This document shows, piece after piece, positions 35,278 to 45,130 of a stretch of DNA of 64,000 bases. A program made the translations under genes and the position numbers. The notes beneath the pieces are model-generated. The model saw nothing but the letters and a program-made list of their open reading frames with translations, did not search any database and was not told where the DNA came from. Numbering within the stretch: the stretch's first letter is position 1; every line of letters begins with the position of its first letter. The stretch comes from Flavobacterium sp. (GTDB lineage: Bacteria; Bacteroidota; Bacteroidia; Flavobacteriales; Flavobacteriaceae), in the NCBI RefSeq assembly GCF_050696275.1, contig NZ_JBOGUT010000012.1, positions 8,186 to 72,185 of the forward strand, given 5' to 3'.

Positions 35278-36399
35278 TCAGGGTTTGGATAATAAGTCCT
35301 TAACGATTAATTGGGCTGTTTTATTGCTGGCTCCGGCACCGCCTAACTTAGTTTCCAGTAAATCATACTGCTCCAAAAGTTGGCTTCTGTAACTTGAATC
35401 CAGGATTTTTCCGAGTTCAAGTTTGATTTTTTCAGGATTACAATCTTCCTGAATTAATTCGGTTACCACTTCTCGATCCATGATTAAATTGACTAACGAA
35501 ATGTATTTTAAAGTTATAATCCGTTTTGCAATTTGATATGAAAACCAATTCCCTTTGTATAAAACGACTTCAGGGACTTTAAACAAAGCGGTTTCAAGTG
35601 TGGCAGTTCCGGAAGTTACAAGTGCAGCATAAGAAACACTTAGTAAATCATACGTTTTATTTGAAATGAAATGGACCTGATCGTTGGTTAGGAATTGCTC
35701 GTAAAATGAAAATTCCTGACTGGGTGCTCCAGCAATAACAAATTGATAATCTGGAAAATGTTTTACAACCGATAGCATCTCGGAAAGCATTTTTGAGATT
35801 TCCTGCTTTCTGCTTCCTGGCAAAAGTGCAATAATGGGCTTCTCATCCAGATTATTTTCTTTCTTAAATTGGATTGGATCTGTTTTAGGAGTATTACTTA
35901 TGGCATCAATGAGCGGATGACCTACAAATTCTACCGGGAAATGATGTTTTTTCTCGTAAAAATCTTTCTCAAACGGAAGAATTACGTACATTTTATCAAC
36001 ATCGCGTTTGATGTCTTTGATTCTGTTTTCTTTCCAAGCCCAAATTTGAGGAGAAATATAATAATGGGTCTTCATTCCTAAATTTTTAGCCCATTTTGCA
36101 ATGCGCATATTGAAACCGGGATAATCTATAAAAATGAGTACGTCCGGCTGAAATTTAAGTATGTCCGCTTTGCAGATTTTGATATTGTTTAGTATCGTTT
36201 TTAAATTCATGACTACTTCAGCAAAACCCATGAAGGCTAGATCACGATAGTGTTTTACTAAAGTTCCGCCTGTTTTTTGCATCAAATCTCCGCCCCAAAA
36301 ATGAATTTCAGCTTGTGGATCTTCTTTAAAAATGCCTTTCATAAGGTTGGAGCCGTGTAAATCGCCTGAAGCTTCGCCGGCAATGATATAATATTTCAT
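35278..36399 (-). CDS. lpxB: Lipid-A-disaccharide synthase
   Basis: MKYYIIAGEASGDLHGSNLM N-terminus and LLPGSR motif. 373 aa. Confidence 0.9.
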   Translation of the reverse strand: MKYYIIAGEASGDLHGSNLMKGIFKEDPQAEIHFWGGDLMQKTGGTLVKHYRDLAFMGFAEVVMNLKTILNNIKICKADILKFQPDVLIFIDYPGFNMRIAKWAKNLGMKTHYYISPQIWAWKENRIKDIKRDVDKMYVILPFEKDFYEKKHHFPVEFVGHPLIDAISNTPKTDPIQFKKENNLDEKPIIALLPGSRKQEISKMLSEMLSVVKHFPDYQFVIAGAPSQEFSFYEQFLTNDQVHFISNKTYDLLSVSYAALVTSGTATLETALFKVPEVVLYKGNWFSYQIAKRIITLKYISLVNLIMDREVVTELIQEDCNPEKIKLELGKILDSSYRSQLLEQYDLLETKLGGAGASNKTAQLIVKDLLSKP

Positions 36400-36410
36400 T
36401 CTTCTGCTGT

Positions 36411-36683
36411 TTAAACAAATAATGTAACTATAGTTAATAGAATTGTAGCTAAAACGACACCGCGAGCCATCAGTTCTTTATCTATTCTCAATAAAATAAA
36501 AAAAGCAATAATATTGAGTATGGCACCCAAAGTGATTACTTTTCCTAAATGACCTTCGCTCTTCATTCCTTTGATTCCTTCGATAAAGTCAATTTTGACA
36601 AAAAAAGTGAGGTAAGCATAAACACCTATTAGAGTTGTAGCCAATCCGATTAATGTGCCTATAAGTAAATCTGTTTTTTTCAT
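36411..36683 (-). CDS. Small three-TM membrane protein, hypothetical
   Basis: 90-aa hydrophobic ORF packed between surE and lpxB on the same strand. No family recognised. Confidence 0.5.
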   Translation of the reverse strand: MKKTDLLIGTLIGLATTLIGVYAYLTFFVKIDFIEGIKGMKSEGHLGKVITLGAILNIIAFFILLRIDKELMARGVVLATILLTIVTLFV

Positions 36684-36686
36684 TTG

Positions 36687-37454
36687 TTAAAGATTCCAGT
36701 TGTTTAATTGTTGAATGGCATGGTGTGCAGTCATGTCAAACTGAACGGGTACAATTGAAATATATCCGTTTTCCAAAGCCCATTCGTCAGTGTCCTGTCC
36801 TTTGTCTAAATTAATAAATTCGCCAGTAAGCCAATAGTAATCTTTGCCTTGAGGTGTTTTTCGCTTGTCGAATTTTTCTGCCCAGATAGCTTTTGCCTGA
36901 CGGCAGATTTTTATGCCTTTCAAATCGTCTCTTTTTCTTTTTGGGAAGTTAACATTTAAAACGACATTATCAGGCAATCCGTTCTGTAAAACTTCTAAAG
37001 CAATTTGTTTGATATAGGGTTTGAAAGTTTCAAAATCAGCATTCCAATCGTAATCCAATAAAGAAAATCCTATGGCAGGAATTCCTTCAATTCCCGCTTC
37101 CACAGCAGCACTCATTGTTCCGGAATAAATTACATTTATAGAAGAATTAGAACCGTGATTTACTCCCGAAACACATAAATCGGGCTTTTGTTTTAAAATT
37201 TCGTTTACCGCCAGTTTTACACAGTCAACAGGAGTGCCGGAGCAGCTATATTCGGTAACAGCTGCATCTTCCGCTGAAACTTTGTTTAAATGGAGTGTGC
37301 TGTTTATGGTAATGGCATGCCCCATAGCGCTTTGAGGACTATCCGGAGCAACTACAAGGACAGTTCCTATTTCGTTCATTACTTCAATAAGTGCACGGAT
37401 TCCAGGAGCCGAAATACTGTCGTCGTTGGTGACTAAAATTAGTGGCTTTTTCAT
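36687..37454 (-). CDS. surE: 5'/3'-nucleotidase SurE
   Basis: ILVTNDDSISAPGI N-terminal motif and GVNHGSN. 255 aa. Confidence 0.9.
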   Translation of the reverse strand: MKKPLILVTNDDSISAPGIRALIEVMNEIGTVLVVAPDSPQSAMGHAITINSTLHLNKVSAEDAAVTEYSCSGTPVDCVKLAVNEILKQKPDLCVSGVNHGSNSSINVIYSGTMSAAVEAGIEGIPAIGFSLLDYDWNADFETFKPYIKQIALEVLQNGLPDNVVLNVNFPKRKRDDLKGIKICRQAKAIWAEKFDKRKTPQGKDYYWLTGEFINLDKGQDTDEWALENGYISIVPVQFDMTAHHAIQQLNNWNL

Positions 37455-37626
37455 TGTTTAAAAAATAATGTATGAAATTTAATGTGAAAAAATAACGCTA
37501 AAATAAGCATTTTTACGAGGAAGAAGTTAATTTTACATGTTTAACAAAAAATTATACAGACAAGACGTTTTTGGCATGGTTTTTTATGTACATTAGTTGA
37601 ATATTATGAATGCAATCTGGATTTTT

Positions 37627-39783
37627 ATGAAAAAGAATTATAAAATAATTTTGTTGATAGTTGCTATCTCAGCAACGCTGTGGAGTTTTGTTCCGAAAAG
37701 TAAAGGTGATCCTGAAAAGGACAAAATGCTTTTGGATTTAATTTCGTTTGTGATTGAAAAAGGCCATTATGATCCGATTGCTATGGACGATAAGTTTTCG
37801 CAAGGAGTTTATAAAGATTACCTTGATGCACTTGATCCGTCAAAAAGATTTTTTGTAGAATCGGATATCGAAGAATTTAAAGTATATGAAAATCAAATAG
37901 ATGATTTAATCAAAAGCAAGGATTTGACATTTTTTGAACTTACTTACCAGCGTTTGCAAAAAAGAATGCAGGAAGCGAAGGTGGTTTATAAAGCATTAAA
38001 TGACAAGCCATATGATTTTACTGCTGACGAAACGATTAATCTTGATTCTGATAAAAATGCTTTTGCTAAAAACTATGCTGAGCTTAAAACAAGATGGCGT
38101 CTTCAAATGAAATTATCTGTTTTAGCGACTGTTGTAGATAAGCAGAAATTGGAAGAGGATAAAAAAATAAAAGATCCTAAGTATACTCCAAAATCGTTTA
38201 CACAATTGGAAAAAGAGGCCAGAGAATCTACTTCAAAATCATTGAATGACTATTTTGATTTCATTGAAGATTTAGATAGAGAAAATTGGTTTGAAGTATT
38301 CGTTAACGCTATTGTGACGCAATATGACCCGCATACTTTTTATTTTGCACCTGAGGAAAAAGAAAAATTTGACATCAGTATCAGTGGTAAATTAGAAGGA
38401 ATTGGAGCGAGACTGCAAAAGAAAAACGATTTTACTGAAATCTCAGAATTAATTTCAGGAGGACCTGCGTGGAGAGGTAAAGAATTAGAGCAGGGAGATG
38501 TTATTTTGAAAGTAGCTCAAGGTAATGGAGAGCCTGTCGAAGTTGTCGGAATGAGATTGGATGACGTCGTTAAGAAAATCAAAGGACCAAAAGGAACTGA
38601 AGTAAGATTGACAGTTAAAAAAGTGGATGGCTCTATCAAGATTATTTCAATAATAAGAGATATTGTTGAAATTGAAGAGACTTATGTAAAATCAAGTGTT
38701 GTTGAAAAGAATGGAGTTAAGTACGGGGTAATTTACCTGCCGAAATTCTACATTGATTTTGAAAATAACGACAATCGTGATGCCGGTAAAGACGTTGCAT
38801 TAGAAGTAGAAAAGCTTAAAAATGCAGGTGTAAAAGGAATCGTGATGGATTTACGTGATAATGGAGGAGGTTCACTTAAAACAGTTGTTGATATTACAGG
38901 TTTGTTTATTGAAGAAGGGCCTGTTGTACAGATAAAATCTTCCGGTAAAAAGAAAGAAGTATTGTATGATCACGATCCAAAAGTTCAATGGGACGGGCCA
39001 TTAGTAGTTTTGATTAATAATTTTTCTGCTTCGGCATCAGAAATTTTTGCTGCGGCAATTCAGGATTACAAACGTGGGGTTATTATCGGAAGTAAACAAT
39101 CTTATGGTAAAGGTACTGTTCAGAATGTAATCGATTTGAATCAATTCGTACGTAACAGTTCTTATGGTGATTTTGGAGCATTGAAAACAACGACTCAGAA
39201 ATTCTACAGAATTAATGGTGGATCAACTCAGCTTGAAGGTGTTGCCAGCGATATTGCTATTCCAGACCGTTATTCTTATATTAAAATTGGGGAGCGTGAT
39301 GTTGAAAATGCTATGCCTTGGGATAAAATTGATGAAGCACCATTTGAGCCTTTAAAATCTATTACAAACTTTGAATCGGTTGTTGCTAACAGTCAAAAAA
39401 GATTAGTAGACAACAATCAATTTAAGTTAATTGATGAAAATGCGAAATGGATTAACGACAGAAAAGAAGATAATGTTGTTAGTTTAAATATCAATAAATT
39501 TAAAGCGGAACAAGCAAGCATTGAAGAAATAACCAAAAAATATAAAGCGATTACAAGTTATAAGAATCAGCTTATATTTAATTCTTTGCCTGATGAATTA
39601 GAGCAAATTAAAAAGGATGAGGTATTAGGTCAAAAGAGACAAGATTGGCATGAAACCTTAGCTAAAGATGCTTATGTGGAAGAAGCTCTTAATGTTCTTG
39701 GTGATATTAAAAATAAGAAATCTACTGTTGCCAGCAAAAGTTTGAATATTAAAAACAGAAAAGATAAGTTAGTTAAGTCATAA
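37627..39783 (+). CDS. S41 carboxy-terminal processing (tail-specific) peptidase
   Basis: PDZ-like region, catalytic Ser motif NNFSASASEIFAAA and Lys motif YGKGTVQ. ATG 37627 (MKKNYKIILL, signal/anchor) is preferred over the upstream TTG 37597. Confidence 0.85.
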   Translation: MKKNYKIILLIVAISATLWSFVPKSKGDPEKDKMLLDLISFVIEKGHYDPIAMDDKFSQGVYKDYLDALDPSKRFFVESDIEEFKVYENQIDDLIKSKDLTFFELTYQRLQKRMQEAKVVYKALNDKPYDFTADETINLDSDKNAFAKNYAELKTRWRLQMKLSVLATVVDKQKLEEDKKIKDPKYTPKSFTQLEKEARESTSKSLNDYFDFIEDLDRENWFEVFVNAIVTQYDPHTFYFAPEEKEKFDISISGKLEGIGARLQKKNDFTEISELISGGPAWRGKELEQGDVILKVAQGNGEPVEVVGMRLDDVVKKIKGPKGTEVRLTVKKVDGSIKIISIIRDIVEIEETYVKSSVVEKNGVKYGVIYLPKFYIDFENNDNRDAGKDVALEVEKLKNAGVKGIVMDLRDNGGGSLKTVVDITGLFIEEGPVVQIKSSGKKKEVLYDHDPKVQWDGPLVVLINNFSASASEIFAAAIQDYKRGVIIGSKQSYGKGTVQNVIDLNQFVRNSSYGDFGALKTTTQKFYRINGGSTQLEGVASDIAIPDRYSYIKIGERDVENAMPWDKIDEAPFEPLKSITNFESVVANSQKRLVDNNQFKLIDENAKWINDRKEDNVVSLNINKFKAEQASIEEITKKYKAITSYKNQLIFNSLPDELEQIKKDEVLGQKRQDWHETLAKDAYVEEALNVLGDIKNKKSTVASKSLNIKNRKDKLVKS

Positions 39784-39810
39784 TTTAGATATTTCAAACA
39801 GATTAGTTAT

Positions 39811-39848
39811 AAAAAAATGCTCCTGAACTTCGCGTCAGGAGCATTTTT
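39811..39848. terminator. Bidirectional rho-independent terminator
   Basis: A7, stem ATGCTCCTGA/TCAGGAGCAT with an 8-nt loop, then T5. Lies between convergent genes. Confidence 0.75.
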
Positions 39849-39891
39849 AATTTAATTGATTATCTTCTAATAACTATTAAAAAGCGTAGTT

Positions 39892-40455
39892 TTATTTTGA
39901 AAATTTCTGAGCCTCTTTAGCAGCTCTTTCAATTTTTCTGCGTTGCTCTGCTGCTTTTCGTTTTAATTTTTCCTGTTTTTCATTCCATTTTTTGATGTCA
40001 TTTGGAGAGAGATTGCCTTTCTTGTTTTGTTTTTCAAACTTCTCAGAATCCTTTGTGATATCTTTTTCAATGTCAGCTAATTTTTCCTTGGCATCTATAT
40101 AGCGTTCTTGGGCTTTAGCTGCTTTTTCACGGTTTTTCTCCATTTTTTCGCGCTCTTTTTCCAAGTTCTTTTGCGCTTTTTCCATCCTGTCGGCCGCTTT
40201 TTCTGAAGCTGCTATTCTTTTCTCTTCTTCTCTGATTTTTTTCTCTTCCTCTTTTTTTATTTTTTCTGCTGCCTTTTCCGCTTCTTTGGCTGTTTTCTCT
40301 GCTTCTTTTTGGGCTAAAAGTACAGTGGACAGAGAATCTTTCTTATGGGCTAATTGTTGTTGCTCTCTAGTAGGAGCTGCTGTTGTTGTTTCTTGAGCTA
40401 TAGCTGTTAAATGGGCTAGAAATGCTAGGCCTGCAATAATAAATTTTCCTTTCAT
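39892..40455 (-). CDS. Secreted Lys/Glu-rich coiled-coil protein, hypothetical
   Basis: Signal peptide MKGKFIIAGLAFLAHLTAIAQE (second in-frame ATG at 40455; the ORF is open to 40467). The rest is K/E/A heptad-like low complexity. Confidence 0.55.
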   Translation of the reverse strand: MKGKFIIAGLAFLAHLTAIAQETTTAAPTREQQQLAHKKDSLSTVLLAQKEAEKTAKEAEKAAEKIKKEEEKKIREEEKRIAASEKAADRMEKAQKNLEKEREKMEKNREKAAKAQERYIDAKEKLADIEKDITKDSEKFEKQNKKGNLSPNDIKKWNEKQEKLKRKAAEQRRKIERAAKEAQKFSK

Positions 40456-40544
40456 AGAATGTATCATTAATTGATTTCACCGGTTTTGAATCGGTAAGTT
40501 TTATATATATTTACAACATAAATTTACAATAATTTGATTGCTCT

Positions 40545-41348
40545 ATGAAAATATATTTCAAAATTTTGATTGTTTTTATGTGTATGTTAAGTTGCTCTAA
40601 ACAAAAAAATAACCAGAAAGAAGAAAGTACAGATAAAAATGCCCTGGTCGATAGTCAGCCTGAGAAAAATGACAAAAATTTCTATTTGCCTGTTTCAACG
40701 ACTCATGAAATTATCAGGCATGAATATTATATTTTATCGTATAGTGAAAAACATGAACAGGCCGAATGGGTTGCTTACGAACTCAAAAAAAATGAATTGA
40801 GCCACGCTAATTTTCAACGGCCTTTTTTTATTGACGACCCAAAAGTTGAAACTGGTTCTGCCAGCTGGAAAAACTACAAGCGTTCGGGTTATGATAAAGG
40901 GCATTTGTGCCCGGCAGGTGACAGGCGATTTTCCAGAGAAGCTTTTGACGAGACTTTTTATACGTCTAATATTGCACCTCAATTGAATGATTTTAACGCT
41001 GGTGTTTGGAATAGGCTGGAGCAAAAGACAAGATATTGGGCATCTAAATACGATGGCGTTTACGTAGTAACGGGTGGTGTTTTGACCGATGGACTGAAAA
41101 CTATTGGTAAAGAATCGGTTTCTGTGCCGAAGTATTTTTATAAAATATTGCTTGATAATTCCAGAGGCGAATATAAAACAATTGCTTTTTTGGTCCCGCA
41201 TGAAGATTCTGAAAAACCATTGAACAAATTTGTAACCTCAATTGATCAGATTGAAAAAATGACCGGAATCGATTTTTTTCCAAATCTTCCGGATTCAATT
41301 GAAAATAAATTGGAAAAGGGAAGCGATTACAAAAACTGGAGTTTTTAG
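40545..41348 (+). CDS. DNA/RNA non-specific endonuclease (NUC/EndoG family), lipoprotein
   Basis: Lipobox CMLSC. Active-site block YDKGHLCPAGD (DRGH-type) and TSNIAPQ. Confidence 0.85.
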   Translation: MKIYFKILIVFMCMLSCSKQKNNQKEESTDKNALVDSQPEKNDKNFYLPVSTTHEIIRHEYYILSYSEKHEQAEWVAYELKKNELSHANFQRPFFIDDPKVETGSASWKNYKRSGYDKGHLCPAGDRRFSREAFDETFYTSNIAPQLNDFNAGVWNRLEQKTRYWASKYDGVYVVTGGVLTDGLKTIGKESVSVPKYFYKILLDNSRGEYKTIAFLVPHEDSEKPLNKFVTSIDQIEKMTGIDFFPNLPDSIENKLEKGSDYKNWSF

Positions 41349-41367
41349 TCCAGATGGAAATGGCATC

Positions 41368-41396
41368 CTTTTTCTTGTTTCTTTAACAAGGAAAAG
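41368..41396. terminator. Hairpin between convergent genes (no U-tract)
   Basis: 11-bp stem CTTTTTCTTGT/ACAAGGAAAAG (one G-U) with a 7-nt loop. It lacks a flanking T-run on either strand, so its terminator function is uncertain. Confidence 0.3.
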
Positions 41397-41429
41397 ATAG
41401 AATGAACAGCTGGGAATAACTCCTGATTA

Positions 41430-42686
41430 TTACCATTCGTTAACTTTATTGGCATCCATTTTTACAAAAATAAACAGCAAAATGGTGAAACCCCATAAAC
41501 TGGAACCTCCGTATGACAGGAAGGGAAGGGGTACTCCAATGGTTGGGAATATGCCTATAACCATTGAGATGTTGACAAAAAAGTGGGTAAATAAAACCGC
41601 CGCAACGCCATAGCCATACACACGGCTAAATTTTGTTTTCTGGTTTTCAGCGAGATAAATGACACGAAGGATTAATGAGACAAATAATAGTATTAATACT
41701 GAAGAGCCGGCAAATCCCCATTCTTCACCTACGGTAGTGAAAATATAGTCTGTATGTTGTTCCGGTACAAAGTTTCCTTTGGTTTGGGTTCCTTCCAGAT
41801 AGCCTTTCCCTAACCATCCGCCTGAACCAATAGCTATTTCAGACTGATTTGTGTTGTAGCCTACGCCGGACATATCTACTTCTTTCCCTAAAAGGATATT
41901 AAATCTGTCCCGATGGTGCTGTTGGAATACGTTTTCGAATACATAGTCTACAGATAGCGTAAATCCAGCGATTACCAAGAATACCAGCGTGCTGGCGATG
42001 ATGTTTCGATTTATCCTGCGTGATTTTATATAATGGATTGCTACCAATATAAAACTGATGAGAATTACATATTGCGGTTTGAGTAACAAGGACATGACAA
42101 ATAAAACAACTGCGCCGAAACCTGTCCAAAGATACCATGTTGGAAGTCCTTCACGGTTAAGAACCAATATAAACATCATAAAAATCAGGGCGCTTCCGGG
42201 ATCTGGCTGCGGAAGGATTAATAAAATGGGCAGTCCCATAATTAAAAGCGCGAGAATTTGATGATTTAAATTTTTGAGATTTATTTGCGGATCACTTAAA
42301 TATTTGGCTAAGGCCAATGCGGTTGCGGCTTTGGCAAATTCCGAGGGCTGAAGTGTAAAACCTCCAATAGCGTACCAGCATCGCTGTCCTGCAATGGTTT
42401 TTCCGAAAATAAAAAGACCGGCCAGCAGAACGAGAGAAGAACCGAATAAAACACTGGCAAAACGTTCATAGAATTTAGCATCAATAGTCAAAATGACAAT
42501 GATAAGTAAAACTGTAAAAGAAATAAAAATCAGCTGCTTTCCGTAATTCTGATTAAAATCAAAGTAATAGGCAGAGCTTGGAGTCATATCTGCAGAGTAG
42601 ATATTCATCCAACCCAGAGTCACTAGGGCAACATAGAGAGCTATTGTAATCCAATCGATGTTGTTGGAAACACTTTGATTTTTCAT
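41430..42686 (-). CDS. rodA: Rod shape-determining protein RodA (SEDS family)
   Basis: FtsW/RodA/SpoVE polytopic profile with C-terminal motif GVPLPFLSYGGSS. Abuts the mrdA stop. Confidence 0.9.
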   Translation of the reverse strand: MKNQSVSNNIDWITIALYVALVTLGWMNIYSADMTPSSAYYFDFNQNYGKQLIFISFTVLLIIVILTIDAKFYERFASVLFGSSLVLLAGLFIFGKTIAGQRCWYAIGGFTLQPSEFAKAATALALAKYLSDPQINLKNLNHQILALLIMGLPILLILPQPDPGSALIFMMFILVLNREGLPTWYLWTGFGAVVLFVMSLLLKPQYVILISFILVAIHYIKSRRINRNIIASTLVFLVIAGFTLSVDYVFENVFQQHHRDRFNILLGKEVDMSGVGYNTNQSEIAIGSGGWLGKGYLEGTQTKGNFVPEQHTDYIFTTVGEEWGFAGSSVLILLFVSLILRVIYLAENQKTKFSRVYGYGVAAVLFTHFFVNISMVIGIFPTIGVPLPFLSYGGSSLWGFTILLFIFVKMDANKVNEW

Positions 42687-44627
42687 TTATGCTGTTTTGT
42701 TTGCTTTTTTTATAGAATCTGCTTTCTTTATACTTTGAACTCTTGCTACAGAATCTTTTTTTATTTTGACTTTATACATGGAATCGATAAATTTTCGGGT
42801 AAATTTATTGTATTCACTTTGTAAACTTTTTTCCAATACTCTTTTCTCCCTGTCTTTTTGGGTGATTTTCCTCTTAATGTATTTTTCAATCATTAAAGTT
42901 GTAATCGGGCCTGCTGTTGTAGATCCGAATCCGCCATTTTCAACCAATACTGCAATGGCAATTTTTGGGTTCTCTTTTGGCGCAAAGGCAACAAAAATGG
43001 AATGATCCGCAAGCTGTACTTTTTTCCCGTTTATTTTGGCGAAATTTTCAGCTGTACCGGTTTTACCGCAAATTTCGATTCCTTCAACATTAAGGAAATA
43101 AGCAGTTCCTGTTTTGAATACTTCTGCCAGTCCTTCTATGACAGGTTTGAAGTGTTTTTTGTCAATGGAAGTTACATGCTTCGTTTTGAATTTTTTATCG
43201 ATTTCCTGACCTTTAATTTTTTTAATAATATGAGGCGTGTAATAATAGCCCTGATTGGCAACGGTAGCCATCATGTTGGCTAATTGTATCGGTGTCATTA
43301 AAACTTCTCCCTGGCCTATTGAATTTGAAACAATGGCAGTAGCGCGCCATCCGCCATTCGGATATGCTTTTTGATATGTTTTTGATGTTGGGATATTACC
43401 TCTTCGGCCTGTAGGCAAATCATAACCCATAAACTGCCCTAACCCAAAACTTTTTACATGACCGCTCCAGACATCAACCCCTTCTGATGGTGTTGGGAAT
43501 TTATTAATAGTTCTCAGGTAAGTATTACCAAAATAGGCATTACAGGATTTTGCAATTCCCATATGCAATTTACGTACACCACCACCGCAATGGCAACGCA
43601 TAAATCGGCCACGACCATAACTAAAACCATGATTACAAACAAAAGAACTCGATGTGTCTATGGCCTGAACCTGTAATCCTGAAAGAGCTGTCAGGATTTT
43701 AAAAGGAGATCCCGGAGGATATTCTGCTAATAAACTTCTGTCATATAATGGTTTTGCTAATGAATCATTATATAATCTAGTGTAATTTCGTGAACGTTGA
43801 CGTCCTACTAAAATGGCCGGATCATAAGATGGAGCAGTTACAAGAGCAAGGATTTCACCTGTGCTGGGCTCAATAGCTATAATTCCTCCTCGTTTGTTTT
43901 TCATTAAGGCTTCACCATACTTTTGAAGTTCAGCGTCAATTGTCAGGGTGATATCTTTTCCTTGTACGGCGATAGTATCGAAACGACCTTCTTTGTAAGG
44001 ACCGATTTCTCTATTGAAACGATCTCTTTGAATGTGTTTTACGCCTTTAACTCCTCGAAGTTCGGATTCGTACATTTCTTCAACACCTTGTTTTCCAAGT
44101 AAATCACCGCTTTTGTAATAAGGATTCCTTTTGATGATTGCCTCATTGACTTGCGTGATAAATCCGAATACGTTAGCACCGGCATTTATCTGATAGTCCC
44201 GAAGTGAACGTTTCTGAATATAAAATCCTTCAAATTTTCTTTCTTTCTCTTGAAAAGCAGCATATTCCAATTTGTTAAGCTGACCTAAAAATACGGAAGG
44301 AAGCATTGGGCTGTATACCACTGCTTTTTCAATCTTTTTTATAAAATCCTCTTTGGTAATATGCAAAAGATTGCAAAATTCGATGGTGTCCAATGTTTTT
44401 ATTTCCCTTGGAACTACCATGATATCATAAGATGGCTGATTGGCTACCAATAATTCTCCGTTTCGGTCATAAATATATCCCCGCTCCGGATAGTCGTATT
44501 TAATCTTGATGGATATATTCTCAGATTTTAATTTAAAAGTGTCATCAATAATTTGTAAATAAAAAAGCCTTGCTATGATTAATATAGCAGAAACTATAAT
44601 CATACCGGGTAATAATAGCTTTCTCAT
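42687..44627 (-). CDS. mrdA: Penicillin-binding protein 2 (elongasome transpeptidase)
   Basis: N-terminal TM, PBP dimerisation region, and transpeptidase motifs GSPFK (SxxK), SNS and KTGTA. Confidence 0.9.
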   Translation of the reverse strand: MRKLLLPGMIIVSAILIIARLFYLQIIDDTFKLKSENISIKIKYDYPERGYIYDRNGELLVANQPSYDIMVVPREIKTLDTIEFCNLLHITKEDFIKKIEKAVVYSPMLPSVFLGQLNKLEYAAFQEKERKFEGFYIQKRSLRDYQINAGANVFGFITQVNEAIIKRNPYYKSGDLLGKQGVEEMYESELRGVKGVKHIQRDRFNREIGPYKEGRFDTIAVQGKDITLTIDAELQKYGEALMKNKRGGIIAIEPSTGEILALVTAPSYDPAILVGRQRSRNYTRLYNDSLAKPLYDRSLLAEYPPGSPFKILTALSGLQVQAIDTSSSFVCNHGFSYGRGRFMRCHCGGGVRKLHMGIAKSCNAYFGNTYLRTINKFPTPSEGVDVWSGHVKSFGLGQFMGYDLPTGRRGNIPTSKTYQKAYPNGGWRATAIVSNSIGQGEVLMTPIQLANMMATVANQGYYYTPHIIKKIKGQEIDKKFKTKHVTSIDKKHFKPVIEGLAEVFKTGTAYFLNVEGIEICGKTGTAENFAKINGKKVQLADHSIFVAFAPKENPKIAIAVLVENGGFGSTTAGPITTLMIEKYIKRKITQKDREKRVLEKSLQSEYNKFTRKFIDSMYKVKIKKDSVARVQSIKKADSIKKANKTA

Positions 44628-45130
44628 TTTTTTCTTGGCTTAAATAAATAGATGATTAGAATACTAACTAATAACGTAAAAAGTGTGGTAACAATTGTTC
44701 TTAAAAGTGCATCAAGTATAAATGTGAATTTGAATAGTTCTAATAAGAACAATACAAGATGGTGTGTCAGTATTGATATTAATATAAAAGTAAATCTTTC
44801 CGGTGAAAGACGATCGTTAATTTTAATTGTCTGGTACTCATAGCTTAATCCAAATGAGAATTTGAAGAAAGAGGGTCTGACATAAGCTAATATTAAACAG
44901 GCTGCCGCATGCACTCCTCCTGAGTTCGAAAATAAATCGACCGTTAGTCCGAGTAAAAAACTAGCTATCAGTAATCTCGCACGATTCGTATTTACCGGAT
45001 ATAATAAGATAAACAGAATATAAGGATAGGGATTGATATAGCCGAATAAATCGATATTATTAAAAATAACGATTTGCGCAGCCAGGAGTAAAATAAACCT
45101 AACGAGATTAAGTATCAATGCACTATTCAT
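44624..45130 (-). CDS. mreD: Rod shape-determining protein MreD
   Basis: 168-aa polytopic protein between mreC and mrdA, with 4-bp and 8-bp overlaps. Confidence 0.8.
   Translation of the reverse strand: MNSALILNLVRFILLLAAQIVIFNNIDLFGYINPYPYILFILLYPVNTNRARLLIASFLLGLTVDLFSNSGGVHAAACLILAYVRPSFFKFSFGLSYEYQTIKINDRLSPERFTFILISILTHHLVLFLLELFKFTFILDALLRTIVTTLFTLLVSILIIYLFKPRKK

Noticed and set aside
40734-41201. 155-codon antisense ORF inside the endonuclease gene (likewise 56670-57002 opposite ubiE, 14583-14972 opposite the AsmA-like gene and 50458-50766 opposite accD)
   Set aside because: Each lies wholly inside a well-supported gene on the other strand. None has a recognisable motif or a plausible start context. 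Long antisense frames like these are expected by chance in genes with strong codon bias.
41352-41371. 9-mer GGAAATGGC shared between the 22809-22930 element and the endonuclease/rodA spacer
   Set aside because: A single shared 9-mer in about 128 kb of two-strand sequence is within chance expectation. The flanking bases do not match, so there is no evidence that the two spacers carry the same repeat family.
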